From: Pseudomonas aeruginosa PAO1
Lineage (GTDB): Bacteria > Pseudomonadota > Gammaproteobacteria > Pseudomonadales > Pseudomonadaceae
DNA: 64,000 bases
Assembly (NCBI RefSeq): GCF_000006765.1
Contig: NC_002516.2
Reading direction: 5' to 3' (one strand)
Notes under the pieces: model-generated
What the model was told of the DNA's origin: nothing
What the model saw: only the letters and a program-made list of their open reading frames with translations
Databases searched by the model: none
Part shown: one piece after another, positions 40,260-50,093 of the stretch
Numbering within the stretch: the stretch's first letter is position 1
How the letters are laid out: every line of letters starts with the position of its first letter
Made by a program: the position numbers and the translations under genes

Positions 40260-42362
40260 ATGGACCAAACGGAAGTCCGAACCACCCAATCGCCCCCACG
40301 GCTGTTCCAGCCCACCATCCGCAGCCACCTGGCGTTCACCGCGCTCAGCGCGCTGGTGCTGCTGGTCATGTTCAGCCTGCTGCGCCTGGCCTTGCTGATC
40401 TACAACCGCGAACTGATCGGCGCGACCCCGGCGAGCACCTTCCTCGAGGCGTTCGGCAACGGCGTGCGTTTCGACCTGCGGGTCGTCGTCTATGCCGTGG
40501 CGCCGCTGGTGCTGTCGTTGTTCGCGGTACGCGCGATGGCCGCTCGCGGCCTGTTCCGTACATGGTTGACGCTGTTCGCCAGCATCACCCTGTTCCTCGG
40601 CGTACTCGAACTGGACTTCTACCGCGAGTTCCACCAGCGCCTGAACAGCCTGGTCTTCCAGTACATGTCGGAAGACCCGAAGACCGTCATGAGCATGCTC
40701 TGGTACGGCTTCCCGGTGGTCCGCTACCTGCTGGCCTGGGCCTTCGCCACCTGGGTGCTGTACCGGGTGTTCAAGGCCATCGACCTGGTGACCCGCCCGA
40801 GCCAGCGCAAGCCGCGCGAAGACAGCGTGATCGCCCGGCCGAGCGCTGCCGCGCCCTGGTACGTGCGCGGCGTGGTGCTGTTCCTCTGCGTGCTGGTCTG
40901 CGTCCTCGCCGCCCGCGGCACCCTGCGCCAGGGCCCGCCGCTGCGCTGGGGCGATGCCTTCACCACCGAGTCCATGTTCGCCAACCAGTTGGGCCTGAAC
41001 GGCACCCTGACCCTGGTCAAGGCGGCCAAGGAGCGCTTCTCCGAAGACCGCGCGAACATCTGGAAGGCCACCCTGGACGACAAGGTCGCCCTGGAGACCA
41101 CCCGGCAGATGTTGCTGACCCCCAACGACAAGCTGGTGGACGCCGATGAGGCCGCGGTGCGCCGCGAGTTCACCCCGCCGGCGGCGAATACCCTGCCGAT
41201 CCGCAACGTGGTGGTGGTCCTGCTGGAAAGCTTCGCCGGCCACTATGTCGGCGCCCTGGGCGCGCCGGGCAACATCACGCCGTATTTCGACAAGCTGTCG
41301 AAGGAAGGCCTGCTGTTCACCCAGTTCTTCTCCAACGGCACCCATACCCACCAGGGCATGTTCGCCACCATGGCCTGCTTCCCCAACCTGCCGGGCTTCG
41401 AATACCTGATGCAAACCCCGGAGGGCGGCCACAAGTTCTCCGGCCTGCCGCAGTTGCTCAGCGCCCGCCAGTACGAGGACGTCTACGTCTACAACGGCGA
41501 TTTCGCCTGGGACAACCAGTCCGGCTTCTTCAGCAACCAGGGCATGACCACCTTCATCGGCCGCAACGACTATGTCGACCCGGTGTTCTCCGATCCGACC
41601 TGGGGCGTCTCCGACCAGGACATGTTCGCCCGTGGCAACGAGGAACTGGACAAGCTGGCGAGCACCGGCAAGCCGTTCTATGCGCTGTTGCAGAGCCTCT
41701 CCAACCACGTGCCCTATGCGTTGCCGAAGGACCTGCCGGTGGAGCGCGTGACCGGCTACGGTTCGCTCGACGAGCACCTGACCGCCATGCGCTATTCCGA
41801 CTGGGCGCTGGGCCAGTTCTTCGAGAAGGCGAAGAAGTCGCCGTACTACAAGGACACCCTTTTCGTGGTGGTCGGCGACCATGGCTTCGGCAGCCCCGAG
41901 CAGCTCACCGAGATGGACCTGCACCGCTTCAACGTGCCGCTGCTGCTGATCGCCCCCGGCATCCAGGAGAAGTTCGGTACCCACCTGCCGACCGTCGGTA
42001 CCCAGGTCGACATCGTGCCGACCATCATGGGCCTGCTCGGCGGCGAGACCGTCCACCAGTGCTGGGGCCGCGACCTGCTGAACCTGCCGGAAGGCGACAC
42101 GGGCTTCGGCGTGATCAAGCCGTCGGGCAGCGAGCAGAACGTCGCCATCGTCTCCGGCAACCGCATCCTGGTGCGGCCGAAGGACGGTGACGTGCGCGTC
42201 TACGATTACCAACTGGGCGGCGATGCCAAGGCGGTGATCACCAAGGAAGTGCCGGACCAGGCCGAGCTGCAGAAGAAGCTGGAGTCGTTCATCCAGACCG
42301 CGACCAAGAGCCTGCTGGAGAATACCGCGGGCGTGGTACACGGGATCCCGGACAAGGACTGA
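40260..42362 (+). CDS. LtaS/OpgB(MdoB)-family phosphoglycerol or phosphoethanolamine transferase (alkaline phosphatase superfamily)
   Basis: 700 aa with about 5 N-terminal TMs. LLESF, SNGTHT, SNHVPY and GDHG metal and nucleophile motifs. Confidence 0.88.
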   Translation: MDQTEVRTTQSPPRLFQPTIRSHLAFTALSALVLLVMFSLLRLALLIYNRELIGATPASTFLEAFGNGVRFDLRVVVYAVAPLVLSLFAVRAMAARGLFRTWLTLFASITLFLGVLELDFYREFHQRLNSLVFQYMSEDPKTVMSMLWYGFPVVRYLLAWAFATWVLYRVFKAIDLVTRPSQRKPREDSVIARPSAAAPWYVRGVVLFLCVLVCVLAARGTLRQGPPLRWGDAFTTESMFANQLGLNGTLTLVKAAKERFSEDRANIWKATLDDKVALETTRQMLLTPNDKLVDADEAAVRREFTPPAANTLPIRNVVVVLLESFAGHYVGALGAPGNITPYFDKLSKEGLLFTQFFSNGTHTHQGMFATMACFPNLPGFEYLMQTPEGGHKFSGLPQLLSARQYEDVYVYNGDFAWDNQSGFFSNQGMTTFIGRNDYVDPVFSDPTWGVSDQDMFARGNEELDKLASTGKPFYALLQSLSNHVPYALPKDLPVERVTGYGSLDEHLTAMRYSDWALGQFFEKAKKSPYYKDTLFVVVGDHGFGSPEQLTEMDLHRFNVPLLLIAPGIQEKFGTHLPTVGTQVDIVPTIMGLLGGETVHQCWGRDLLNLPEGDTGFGVIKPSGSEQNVAIVSGNRILVRPKDGDVRVYDYQLGGDAKAVITKEVPDQAELQKKLESFIQTATKSLLENTAGVVHGIPDKD

Positions 42363-42380
42363 CCCGTAGCAAGCATGTGA

Positions 42381-42405
42381 AAGGGGCCTTCGGGCCCCTT
42401 TTTTT
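42381..42405. terminator. Bidirectional intrinsic terminator between the transferase gene and pscU
   Basis: AAGGGGCC-TTCG-GGCCCCTT plus TTTTT, with an A-run on the other side. Confidence 0.88.
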
Positions 42406-42467
42406 CGGCGCCAGGTCGCAGCGTCTTTCGTCGCCGGTGCCGCGGCGGCTGCCCTGCCCGATAGCGA

Positions 42468-43517
42468 TCAGGGCGTATCCGTCTGCTGGCTTTCCAGCCA
42501 GCGCAGGACTTCGGCGGTGGCCTGGATCAGGTCCGCCGGTATGTACTGGTCGACATTGCCGTCGCGCAGCAGCGCCCGTGCCAGCGGAATTCGTTGCAGC
42601 ACCGGGATTCCTTCTTCCTCGGCGATGCGCCGGACCCTCAGGGCCAGGGCGTCGGTGTGCTTCAGGGTGACCAGCGGCAGGGGCGTTTCGCCGCGTCGAT
42701 AGCGTATGCCGATGGCGACGTGGGTCGGGTTGGCGACGATCACCGAGGAGCGCCGGACATCCGCGCGCAGGTTGCTCGATTGCAGTTCCTGATGGAATTG
42801 CCGGCGCTTGCTCTTGATCTCCGGACTGCCCTCCATCTCCTTGTACTCGCGCTTCACTTCGTCCTTGCTCATGCGCAACTGCTTGTAGTGCTGGTGGCGT
42901 TCGAAGGCGTAGTCGGCGACGGCAATCGCCAGGAAGCCGACCGCGCAGACCAGCATCAGTTGCCTGAGCATCAGCCCGCTCACCGGTGCCACGCAGTCCA
43001 GCCCGCAGGCGGGAATCCGCAGGAGGCTGGCCAGGTTGCCCTGCAAGGTCAACCAGACCAGCAGGGAGAGCAGGGCGACCTTCAGGGTCGACTTGAGGAA
43101 CTCCACCAGGCTCCGGATGGAGAAGATCTTCTTCGCGCCCTCCACCGGGTTGATCTTCTTCAGGTCCGGCTTGACGCTGTCGAGGCTGAGCAGGAAACCG
43201 TACTGGCCGACATGGCTGAGCACCACCACCAGCGCCGCGACCAGCAGGACCGGCGCCAGCAGGTAGAGGAGCTCCTGGAGAAGGTTCTCCAGGATGGTCT
43301 CCAGCGCCTGGCGAAACGGCAGGTCGATGTACTCGGCGGGCAGCAGGAGCAGCTTGCCGAGATGCTCCAGGTAGTAGTCGGAAAAGCCCATCAGCAGCGC
43401 CACCAGCGACAGGATCAACGCGCTGGAGACAATTTCCTTGCTCTTCACCACCTGGCCTTGCCGGCGGGCGTCGCGCAGCTTCTTCGCCGTGGGCTGCTCG
43501 GTCTTCTCGGCGCTCAT
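42468..43517 (-). CDS. pscU: T3SS export apparatus switch protein PscU (SctU)
   Basis: ATG 43517, 349 aa. EKTEQPTAKK and the NPTH autocleavage motif. Confidence 0.96.
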   Translation of the reverse strand: MSAEKTEQPTAKKLRDARRQGQVVKSKEIVSSALILSLVALLMGFSDYYLEHLGKLLLLPAEYIDLPFRQALETILENLLQELLYLLAPVLLVAALVVVLSHVGQYGFLLSLDSVKPDLKKINPVEGAKKIFSIRSLVEFLKSTLKVALLSLLVWLTLQGNLASLLRIPACGLDCVAPVSGLMLRQLMLVCAVGFLAIAVADYAFERHQHYKQLRMSKDEVKREYKEMEGSPEIKSKRRQFHQELQSSNLRADVRRSSVIVANPTHVAIGIRYRRGETPLPLVTLKHTDALALRVRRIAEEEGIPVLQRIPLARALLRDGNVDQYIPADLIQATAEVLRWLESQQTDTP

Positions 43518-44302
43518 GGCGTCTCCAGCACGGGACGCAGCAGGCGCAGCGGGTCGACGGCGAGCAGCAGGGCATCGTAGGCGTGCTCCATGAGGATGCC
43601 CAGGTAGAGCACCAGCAGCAGGCTGGCCACCAGGCTCTTGATCGGCATGGCGAGGATGAACACGTTCAGCGACGGGGCGAAGCGGCTGACCAGCGCCAGG
43701 CCGAACTCGGCGAGGAACATGGCGATCAGCAGCGGCGCGGCGAACAGCGCGCAGAGCATCAGCATCTGCGAGAACTGCGCGTAGAAGAAGGCCACCCATT
43801 GGCTGCCGAGCTGCGGGAAGAAACTGCTCACCGGCCAACTGGCATAGCTCCTGAACAGCGAGCCGACCAGCGCGAGGAAGGCGCCGCCGGAGAAGAACAG
43901 GGTGATCAGCGTCTGCGTCAGCAACAGCCCGGTGGGGCTGGTCTGGCTGCCCAGGCTGGGGTTGAAGGTCGAGGCGAGTGCCGCGCCACGCTGGTTGTCG
44001 ATGATGAAGCCGGTCGCTTCCATGGCCCAGAAGGGAATGGTGGCGACGAAGCCGATGAGCAGGCCGAGCAGCACTTCCTTGCCGATCAGTAGGGCGATGT
44101 CCAGCGCGCCGAGGGCCGGCGGCAGGCTGCCGGCGACGATCGGGTAGGCGAACAGCGCCAGCGAACAGGCCACGCCGTTGCGCACCAGGCCGCCGCCCAG
44201 GGTCTGCTTGGCCAGCACCGGCAGGACCACGAAGCAACTGATGATCCGCGGCAGCAGCAGGCTGTAGGTCAGCAGCAGTTGCTGCAGGTCCTGGACGCTC
44301 AT
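43514..44302 (-). CDS. pscT: T3SS export apparatus PscT (SctT)
   Basis: ATG 44302, 262 aa. IIDNQRGA and RFAPSLNVF motifs. Confidence 0.95.
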   Translation of the reverse strand: MSVQDLQQLLLTYSLLLPRIISCFVVLPVLAKQTLGGGLVRNGVACSLALFAYPIVAGSLPPALGALDIALLIGKEVLLGLLIGFVATIPFWAMEATGFIIDNQRGAALASTFNPSLGSQTSPTGLLLTQTLITLFFSGGAFLALVGSLFRSYASWPVSSFFPQLGSQWVAFFYAQFSQMLMLCALFAAPLLIAMFLAEFGLALVSRFAPSLNVFILAMPIKSLVASLLLVLYLGILMEHAYDALLLAVDPLRLLRPVLETP

Positions 44303-44565
44303 CGCACCAGCGGCACCTTCAGCAGGGTCATTTCGGCGAAACGGTACAGCTCGCCGCCCAGCCAGCCGCTGGTGGCGAACAGTACCACCACCACGGCCAC
44401 CAGCTTGGCGACGAAGCCGAGGGTCTGCTCCTGGATCTGGGTGAGTGCCTGGACCAGCGATACCAGGGTGCCGATCAGGGCCGCGACCAGTACCGGCGGC
44501 AGCGACAGGACCAGCACCAGCCACAGGGTCTGGTTGGTGAAGTGGAGGATGTCGGCGCTGCTCAT
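44299..44565 (-). CDS. pscS: T3SS export apparatus PscS (SctS)
   Basis: 88 aa. QALTQIQEQTLGF motif. Confidence 0.95.
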   Translation of the reverse strand: MSSADILHFTNQTLWLVLVLSLPPVLVAALIGTLVSLVQALTQIQEQTLGFVAKLVAVVVVLFATSGWLGGELYRFAEMTLLKVPLVR

Positions 44566-44567
44566 GG

Positions 44568-45221
44568 TCAGCCTCCGTAGCTGATGACCAGGCCGTGGGT
44601 CAGCCGCGCCCAGCCGTCGAGGAGGACGAACAGGAGCAGCTTGAACGGCAGGGAAATGGTCATCGGCGACACCATCATCATGCCCATCGCCAGGAGGATG
44701 TTGGAGATGATCAGGTCGATGGCGATGAAGGGCAGGTAGATCAGGAAGCCGATCTCGAACGCACGGGTCAGTTCGCTGACGGTGAAGGCCGGCAGCAGGA
44801 TCAGCAGGCTGTCCGGGTCGAGCCGCTCGGCGTATTCGCTGGGCCAGACCTGGCGGGTGCTTTCCATGAAGAAGGTGTGTTCGCGCTCCTGGATCTGCCG
44901 CTTGAGGAAGTTCCGGTAGGGCGCCATGCCCTCGTCGAGAAAGCGTTCCACCGATGCCGAGTCGCTCAGGCTGACGTCGTGGTTGCGCAGGTAGTCGCGG
45001 GTGGCGAAGCCGACCGGTGCCATCACGTACAGGCTGAGGATGATCGCCAGCCCGTACATCGCCATGTTCGGCGGAATCTGCTGGACGCCCAGGGCGTTGC
45101 GCAGCAGCGAGAATACCACGGTCATCTTGATGAAGGAGGTCGCCATCACCGCGATGAACGGGACCAGCGCGAGCAGGGCCAGGCCGAGGATCAGGCCGAG
45201 CTCGTCGGGCAACTGGATCAT
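44568..45221 (-). CDS. pscR: T3SS export apparatus PscR (SctR)
   Basis: ATG 45221, 217 aa. LGVQQIPPN and ISLPFKLLLFVLLDGW motifs. Confidence 0.96.
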   Translation of the reverse strand: MIQLPDELGLILGLALLALVPFIAVMATSFIKMTVVFSLLRNALGVQQIPPNMAMYGLAIILSLYVMAPVGFATRDYLRNHDVSLSDSASVERFLDEGMAPYRNFLKRQIQEREHTFFMESTRQVWPSEYAERLDPDSLLILLPAFTVSELTRAFEIGFLIYLPFIAIDLIISNILLAMGMMMVSPMTISLPFKLLLFVLLDGWARLTHGLVISYGG

Positions 45222-46147
45222 GCTTCGTCGTGTCCGAACAGGCGGGTTACGCGCACCCCGAGCCGATCCTGGAGCCTGACCAGTTCGCCGATACCGAGGC
45301 AGCGCTGGTTGGCGAGGATGCGCACTTCGCCGTCCAGGGCACTGTCGAGATCGAGCAGCGAGCCTGGCTGCAGGGTGGAGAGGGTATGCAGGTCCAGGGT
45401 GCGGCGGCCGACCTCGAAGCTGACCGGGATCGGCAGTTGGTCGAGTTCGTGCAGGTCCTCGCCGTCGGCGAGGGAGGGGGTGTCGTGCATGTCGAGCAGT
45501 TCCAGTTGCGTGGAGTGGAGTTGGCAGCGCGCCCAGGGGCGTCCTTCGAGAACCCCCAGCAGCGCTGCGTCGGGGCGATGACCGGCAGGCAGCAGCAACA
45601 GGTCGCCGGGCTCCAGGGTGCGCAGCTCGCTGGCGTCCAGCGGCAGGCCGGGCCATTGCAGCGACAGGCGCAGCGGTATGGCCAGGCGTTGCGCCGAGGG
45701 GCGCGGCGGCAGGCGTGCCAGCAGCGTCGCGGGATCGCCGTCGAGCCAGAGCGCCAGGCGCTGGTCGTCGCGTTCCAGGCTCAGACGCAGGCCCATCGCA
45801 GCGCGTGGTTGCGCCGGGCTCAGGCCGTACCAGACCAGGCCGGGAAAGACGTTGCCTTCGCGCTCCAGCAAGGCCAGTTGCAGGGCCGCCGGCAGGCTGG
45901 CGAAGGCTGCCTCCTGCAGGTTCGGCGCGAGCCAGCGGGCCAGCGCCGGGGCCTGGCAGAGAAAGCGCAGGGGCAGGCCGTCCCACGCCAGGCTCAGTTC
46001 GAGATCGACGTCGGGGGCGGCCTGGGCGATGTCCAGGCGCGCTTGCAAAGCGTTGCCGACATAGTGGCGACGGCAACGTGCGAGACGTCGCTGGAGATCC
46101 AGTTCGGCGCGGCTGGCGAGCGGCAGGTCGAGGTCCGCACCGTTCAT
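45218..46147 (-). CDS. pscQ: T3SS sorting platform/C-ring protein PscQ (SctQ)
   Basis: ATG 46147, 309 aa with a C-terminal SpoA domain (GELVRLQDRLGVRV). Confidence 0.94.
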   Translation of the reverse strand: MNGADLDLPLASRAELDLQRRLARCRRHYVGNALQARLDIAQAAPDVDLELSLAWDGLPLRFLCQAPALARWLAPNLQEAAFASLPAALQLALLEREGNVFPGLVWYGLSPAQPRAAMGLRLSLERDDQRLALWLDGDPATLLARLPPRPSAQRLAIPLRLSLQWPGLPLDASELRTLEPGDLLLLPAGHRPDAALLGVLEGRPWARCQLHSTQLELLDMHDTPSLADGEDLHELDQLPIPVSFEVGRRTLDLHTLSTLQPGSLLDLDSALDGEVRILANQRCLGIGELVRLQDRLGVRVTRLFGHDEA

Positions 46148-47253
46148 TCGGCTTGCCACTCTTCATGCAGGTAGCGACGTTGCCGCGAGCGCTGGCCGCT
46201 GTCCTGCTGCTGGTTGAAGGTGAGTTGCACCGGTTGTTCCGGATGCAGCCGTTGCAGGCGTTCGAGCAACTCGCCACGGGCTTGCTGGAGCAACGCCAGG
46301 CTGCCGGGGCTGGCACTGATCTCGATCTGCAACTGGCCATGGCCATGCAGGACCTGCACCTCCACGGCGCCGAGCTGGGGCAGTCGCACCTGCAGGCGCG
46401 CCGCATGGCTTTCGGCTGCGCTGGCGACCTGGATGCGCCCCTGCACGGCATCGAGCAGGCGCGCGAGATCGGCCAGCGGCAGTGGCCGGCTCCCGCTCGA
46501 TGCCAGCAGGCGTGCCAGCAGGCGGTCGCCGGGGGTTTGCATGGCAGGCAGTGGCACAGGCGCTTGGTCGTCGGGGGGCAGTGCGGATGGATCGGTTTCT
46601 CCGGGTTGCCGACGCTCCTCTCCGCGGCCTTCGCCGCCCGCTGTCGGCGCGGGCGGCGAAGCCTGGACACTGGCCTGCGCCGTGGGCGCGACCTCGGCTG
46701 CGGTTTTCGCCGGGAAGCCGGGGCCGGGCTGTGGCCGCTCATGCGTCCGACCTGCGATTTGCGGGTGGGAGGACACCGGCACCAGCGGCGGTTCGTCGAC
46801 CGGAGGCGCCGAAACGCTGGCCGGCTCCCGGGCTTGCGTGGACGCCGCGACGCGCGCGGAGACCGCCGGCGCTTGCCGTGCTACCGATCCGGACGGCGAC
46901 ACTGTTGGCGTTGGCGTTGGCGTTGGCGTTGGCGTTGGCGTTGGCGTTGGCGTTGGCGTTGGCGTTGGCGTTGCGTCCGCGGCAACTGGCATGGGGGGCT
47001 GCCGAATGGTCGGCGGCCGGTCGGCGGCAGGCGCCGCGGGCTGGTCGGCGAGAGGCGTCGAGGTCGGCGCGTCGGCTGTCGCGGCGGCCTCCGTCGTTTC
47101 GTCGCCCTTGTCGAACGGTGGCCTGGGCGCCGGCGGTCGGTGCGCGGGCAGGGCCTGTTCGAAGGCGATCTGCTGCGCGCGCAGCGGCGGAAGGGGGGCA
47201 AGGGTGTCGGACGACACGAGCGGAGCCGTATCCACGGCGTTCAGCTTGAGCAT
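46144..47253 (-). CDS. pscP: T3SS needle-length regulator PscP (SctP)
   Basis: ATG 47253, 369 aa. Pro/Ala-rich region with a C-terminal T3S4 domain (LPQLGAVEV). Confidence 0.93.
   Translation of the reverse strand: MLKLNAVDTAPLVSSDTLAPLPPLRAQQIAFEQALPAHRPPAPRPPFDKGDETTEAAATADAPTSTPLADQPAAPAADRPPTIRQPPMPVAADATPTPTPTPTPTPTPTPTPTPTPTVSPSGSVARQAPAVSARVAASTQAREPASVSAPPVDEPPLVPVSSHPQIAGRTHERPQPGPGFPAKTAAEVAPTAQASVQASPPAPTAGGEGRGEERRQPGETDPSALPPDDQAPVPLPAMQTPGDRLLARLLASSGSRPLPLADLARLLDAVQGRIQVASAAESHAARLQVRLPQLGAVEVQVLHGHGQLQIEISASPGSLALLQQARGELLERLQRLHPEQPVQLTFNQQQDSGQRSRQRRYLHEEWQAE
46904..46973. repeat. 6-bp tandem repeat (GTTGGC)x11 plus a partial unit, encoding (Thr-Pro)11 in PscP
   Basis: Counted directly in the sequence. 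Confidence 0.97.
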
Positions 47254-47717
47254 GGCCAGGTCTCGTGGCGGGTGAATTCTTCCAGTTCGCCTTCCTCGCT
47301 GCGTTCGCGCAGCCCCTGGCGCTCGGCGTCGACGTGGCGCTCCAGTTCGGCGAACTTCTCCAGTTGCCGCTGGCGTTCCAGCAGCTCTCGCCGGCACTGC
47401 CGCAGGCGCTCGCGCTCCCCTTCGAGGCGCTGCGCGGCCTCGGCGCAGTCCTGTTCCAGGCCGGCTTCCTTTTCCCGCAGCAGCCCTACCTGCTGCTGCC
47501 AGGCTTCCAGGCGCCGGCGGTCGAGCATGGCCGCCTGGCAGGCGAGAAACAGCCGTTGCTCTTCGGCCAGTCGCCAGTCGCGGTAGTCCCGTTGCGCCGC
47601 CTGGCGCTCGGTGTGTTCCTGCGCCGCGGCGCGAACCCGTAGCAATTGGCGGCCCTGGGCGCGCTCGGCCCGGTCCAGGCGCAGGCGTCGGACGCGCAAC
47701 AGCAGAGCCAGGCTCAT
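47241..47717 (-). CDS. pscO: T3SS stalk protein PscO (SctO)
   Basis: ATG 47717, 158 aa, charged coiled coil, lying between pscN and pscP. Confidence 0.92.
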   Translation of the reverse strand: MSLALLLRVRRLRLDRAERAQGRQLLRVRAAAQEHTERQAAQRDYRDWRLAEEQRLFLACQAAMLDRRRLEAWQQQVGLLREKEAGLEQDCAEAAQRLEGERERLRQCRRELLERQRQLEKFAELERHVDAERQGLRERSEEGELEEFTRHETWPCSS

Positions 47718-49036
47718 GCGCAGAGGCTCCGCAACTGCGCGCAGGCCTGTGCGTAATCGCTGGTTTCGTGGGTACCCTGGCGCAGCCACTGGCGGATCGC
47801 CCCGATCTTCTCGATGGCCCGGTCGGCTTCACTGTCCTGGCCTTTCTGGTATTCGCCGATCTTCAGCAGCAACTCGACTTCCTCGTACTTCGCCAGCCAT
47901 TCGCGCAAGCGTCCGGCCGCATGGCGCTGATCGTCGTCGACGATCTGGTTCATGACCCGGCTCACCGAGTGCAGCACGTCGATGGCCGGATAGTGGTTGG
48001 CGGCGGCCAGCTTGCGCGACAGCACGATGTGCCCGTCGAGAATCGAGCGGGTCTCGTCGGCCACCGGCTCGCTCATGTCGTCGCCTTCCACCAGTACGGT
48101 GTAGAGCGCGGTGATCGAGCCCCGCTCGGATTGCCCGGCACGCTCCATCAGGCGTGGCAGCGCGGCGAACACCGATGGCGGATAGCCGCGGCGTGTGGGC
48201 GGTTCACCGGCCGCCAGGCCGATTTCGCGCTGGGCCCTGGCGAAGCGGGTCAGCGAGTCCATCAGCAGCAGGACGCGGCGTCCCTGGTCGCGGAAATACT
48301 CGGCGATGCTGGTGGCGACGAAACCGGCCTTGGCGCGCTCCATCGCCGGTCGGTCGGAAGTGGCGACCACCAGCACCGAGCGGCGCAGCCCCTGTTCGCC
48401 GAGGTCGCTTTCGATGAACTCGCGGACTTCGCGACCGCGTTCGCCGACCAGGGCGAGTACCGTCACATCCACCTCGGCATTGCGCACCAGGCTGGCCAGC
48501 AGGGTGCTCTTGCCGCCGCCGGCGGCAGCGAAGATGCCCATGCGCTGGCCTTCGCCGCAGGTCAGCAGGCCGTCGATGGCGCGCACACCCAGCGATAGCG
48601 GCCGCTCTATCAGGCGCCGGCTCATCGGTTGCGGGGCATCCCGGTAGACCGGATACCAGGCCGCCGGCTCGGCCGGCGGGCTGCCGTCGAAGGGGCGGCC
48701 GAGACCGTCGAGCACCTGCCCGAGCAGGTGCTCTCCGACCGCCACGCGATGCATGCCGCCGGTAGGGCTGACTTCGGTGTTGGAGGAAACCCCGAGCATC
48801 TCGCCGAGCGGGGTGAGCAGCGCCTGGTGCTGCTGGAAGCCGATGACCTCGGCGAGCAGCGCCAGGCTCTGGTCGGGATTGCGCAACTGGCAGAGTTCGC
48901 CGATGCGCACGCCGGGCACCACGGCCTTGAGCAGGGTTCCGGTGACCTGGGTGACCCGCCCGCGGATCTGGATCGGCCGGCAGCCTTCGATGGCGTGGCG
49001 CATCCGGACGATGAGAGGAGAGAGAGGCGCGGGCAT
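47714..49036 (-). CDS. pscN: T3SS ATPase PscN (SctN)
   Basis: 440 aa. AAAGGGKST Walker A, MDSLTRF and [12 protein letters not shown] motifs. Confidence 0.97.
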   Translation of the reverse strand: MPAPLSPLIVRMRHAIEGCRPIQIRGRVTQVTGTLLKAVVPGVRIGELCQLRNPDQSLALLAEVIGFQQHQALLTPLGEMLGVSSNTEVSPTGGMHRVAVGEHLLGQVLDGLGRPFDGSPPAEPAAWYPVYRDAPQPMSRRLIERPLSLGVRAIDGLLTCGEGQRMGIFAAAGGGKSTLLASLVRNAEVDVTVLALVGERGREVREFIESDLGEQGLRRSVLVVATSDRPAMERAKAGFVATSIAEYFRDQGRRVLLLMDSLTRFARAQREIGLAAGEPPTRRGYPPSVFAALPRLMERAGQSERGSITALYTVLVEGDDMSEPVADETRSILDGHIVLSRKLAAANHYPAIDVLHSVSRVMNQIVDDDQRHAAGRLREWLAKYEEVELLLKIGEYQKGQDSEADRAIEKIGAIRQWLRQGTHETSDYAQACAQLRSLCA

Positions 49037-49066
49037 GGCGGATCGGTTCGGCTGGAGTCGGCGCGC

Positions 49067-49119
49067 ACTATAGAGAAAGCCTCGCGCGACGAATTTCAGT
49101 GCCAGCCGGGAGTTTTTAG
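49067..49119 (-). promoter_or_regulatory. ExsA-dependent promoter PpscN
   Basis: Minus strand reads TAAAAA...GGC...CTGAAA-N21-TATAGT, the ExsA promoter architecture. Confidence 0.75.
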
Positions 49120-49139
49120 AAATCGGTTGCCGCCGCGGC

Positions 49140-49192
49140 TAAAAAAAACCGGCCGATATTGGCATCGGCGGCACCGGGCCGGTTCCTATACT
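49140..49192 (+). promoter_or_regulatory. ExsA-dependent promoter PpopN
   Basis: A-tract 49141-49148, GGCC, TTGGCA-N22-TATACT. Confidence 0.75.
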
Positions 49193-49226
49193 GCGCCGCC
49201 TTTGCAGACCAGGAACCACAGCCACG

Positions 49227-50093
49227 ATGGACATCCTCCAGAGTTCCTCCGCCGCGCCCCTCGCGCCGCGGGAAGCGGCCAACGCCCCCGCGCAGCAGGC
49301 TGGCGGCAGCTTTCAGGGCGAGCGCGTCCACTACGTTTCCGTTTCGCAGTCGCTGGCCGATGCCGCGGAAGAGCTGACCTTCGCCTTTTCCGAGCGCGCC
49401 GAGAAATCCCTGGCCAAGCGCCGCCTGAGCGACGCCCATGCGCGCCTGAGCGAAGTCCAGGCCATGCTGCAGGAGTACTGGAAGCGCATTCCGGACCTGG
49501 AAAGCCAGCAGAAGCTCGAGGCGCTGATCGCCCACCTGGGCAGCGGCCAACTGAGCAGCCTGGCGCAGCTCAGCGCTTACCTGGAGGGCTTCTCCAGCGA
49601 GATCAGCCAGCGCTTCCTGGCGCTGTCGCGGGCGCGCGACGTCCTGGCCGGGCGGCCGGAGGCGCGGGCGATGCTGGCGCTGGTCGACCAGGCGTTGCTG
49701 CGGATGGCCGACGAGCAGGGCCTGGAGATCGAACTCGGCCTGCGCATCGAGCCGCTGGCCGCCGAGGCTTCCGCCGCCGGTGTCGGCGATATCCAGGCGC
49801 TGCGCGATACCTACCGTGACGCGGTACTTGACTACCGGGGCCTGTCGGCGGCCTGGCAGGACATCCAGGCGCGCTTCGCCGCGACGCCGCTGGAGCGGGT
49901 CGTGGCCTTCCTGCAGAAAGCCCTGAGCGCCGACCTGGACAGTCAGTCGAGCCGGCTCGATCCGGTGAAGCTGGAGCGGGTCATGAGCGACATGCACAAG
50001 CTGCGCGTGCTCGGCGGCCTGGCGGAGCAGGTGGGGGCGCTCTGGCAGGTGCTGGTGACAGGGGAGCGGGGCCATGGCATACGGGCCTTCTGA
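49227..50093 (+). CDS. popN: T3SS gatekeeper PopN (YopN homolog)
   Basis: 288 aa. SLADAAEELTFAFSE motif. Confidence 0.95.
   Translation: MDILQSSSAAPLAPREAANAPAQQAGGSFQGERVHYVSVSQSLADAAEELTFAFSERAEKSLAKRRLSDAHARLSEVQAMLQEYWKRIPDLESQQKLEALIAHLGSGQLSSLAQLSAYLEGFSSEISQRFLALSRARDVLAGRPEARAMLALVDQALLRMADEQGLEIELGLRIEPLAAEASAAGVGDIQALRDTYRDAVLDYRGLSAAWQDIQARFAATPLERVVAFLQKALSADLDSQSSRLDPVKLERVMSDMHKLRVLGGLAEQVGALWQVLVTGERGHGIRAF

Noticed and set aside
46904-46973. Tandem repeat as a CRISPR array or mobile-element signature
   Set aside because: It is a 6-bp unit with no spacers, in frame within pscP, and there are no cas genes.
50030-50093. PopN-Pcr1 hybrid by +1 frameshift, as for Yersinia YopN-TyeA
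   Set aside because: The frames are in the same +1 relation, but the slippery TTT-TGG is CTC-TGG here. A TGA at 50056-50058 also closes the +1 frame before the pcr1 start.
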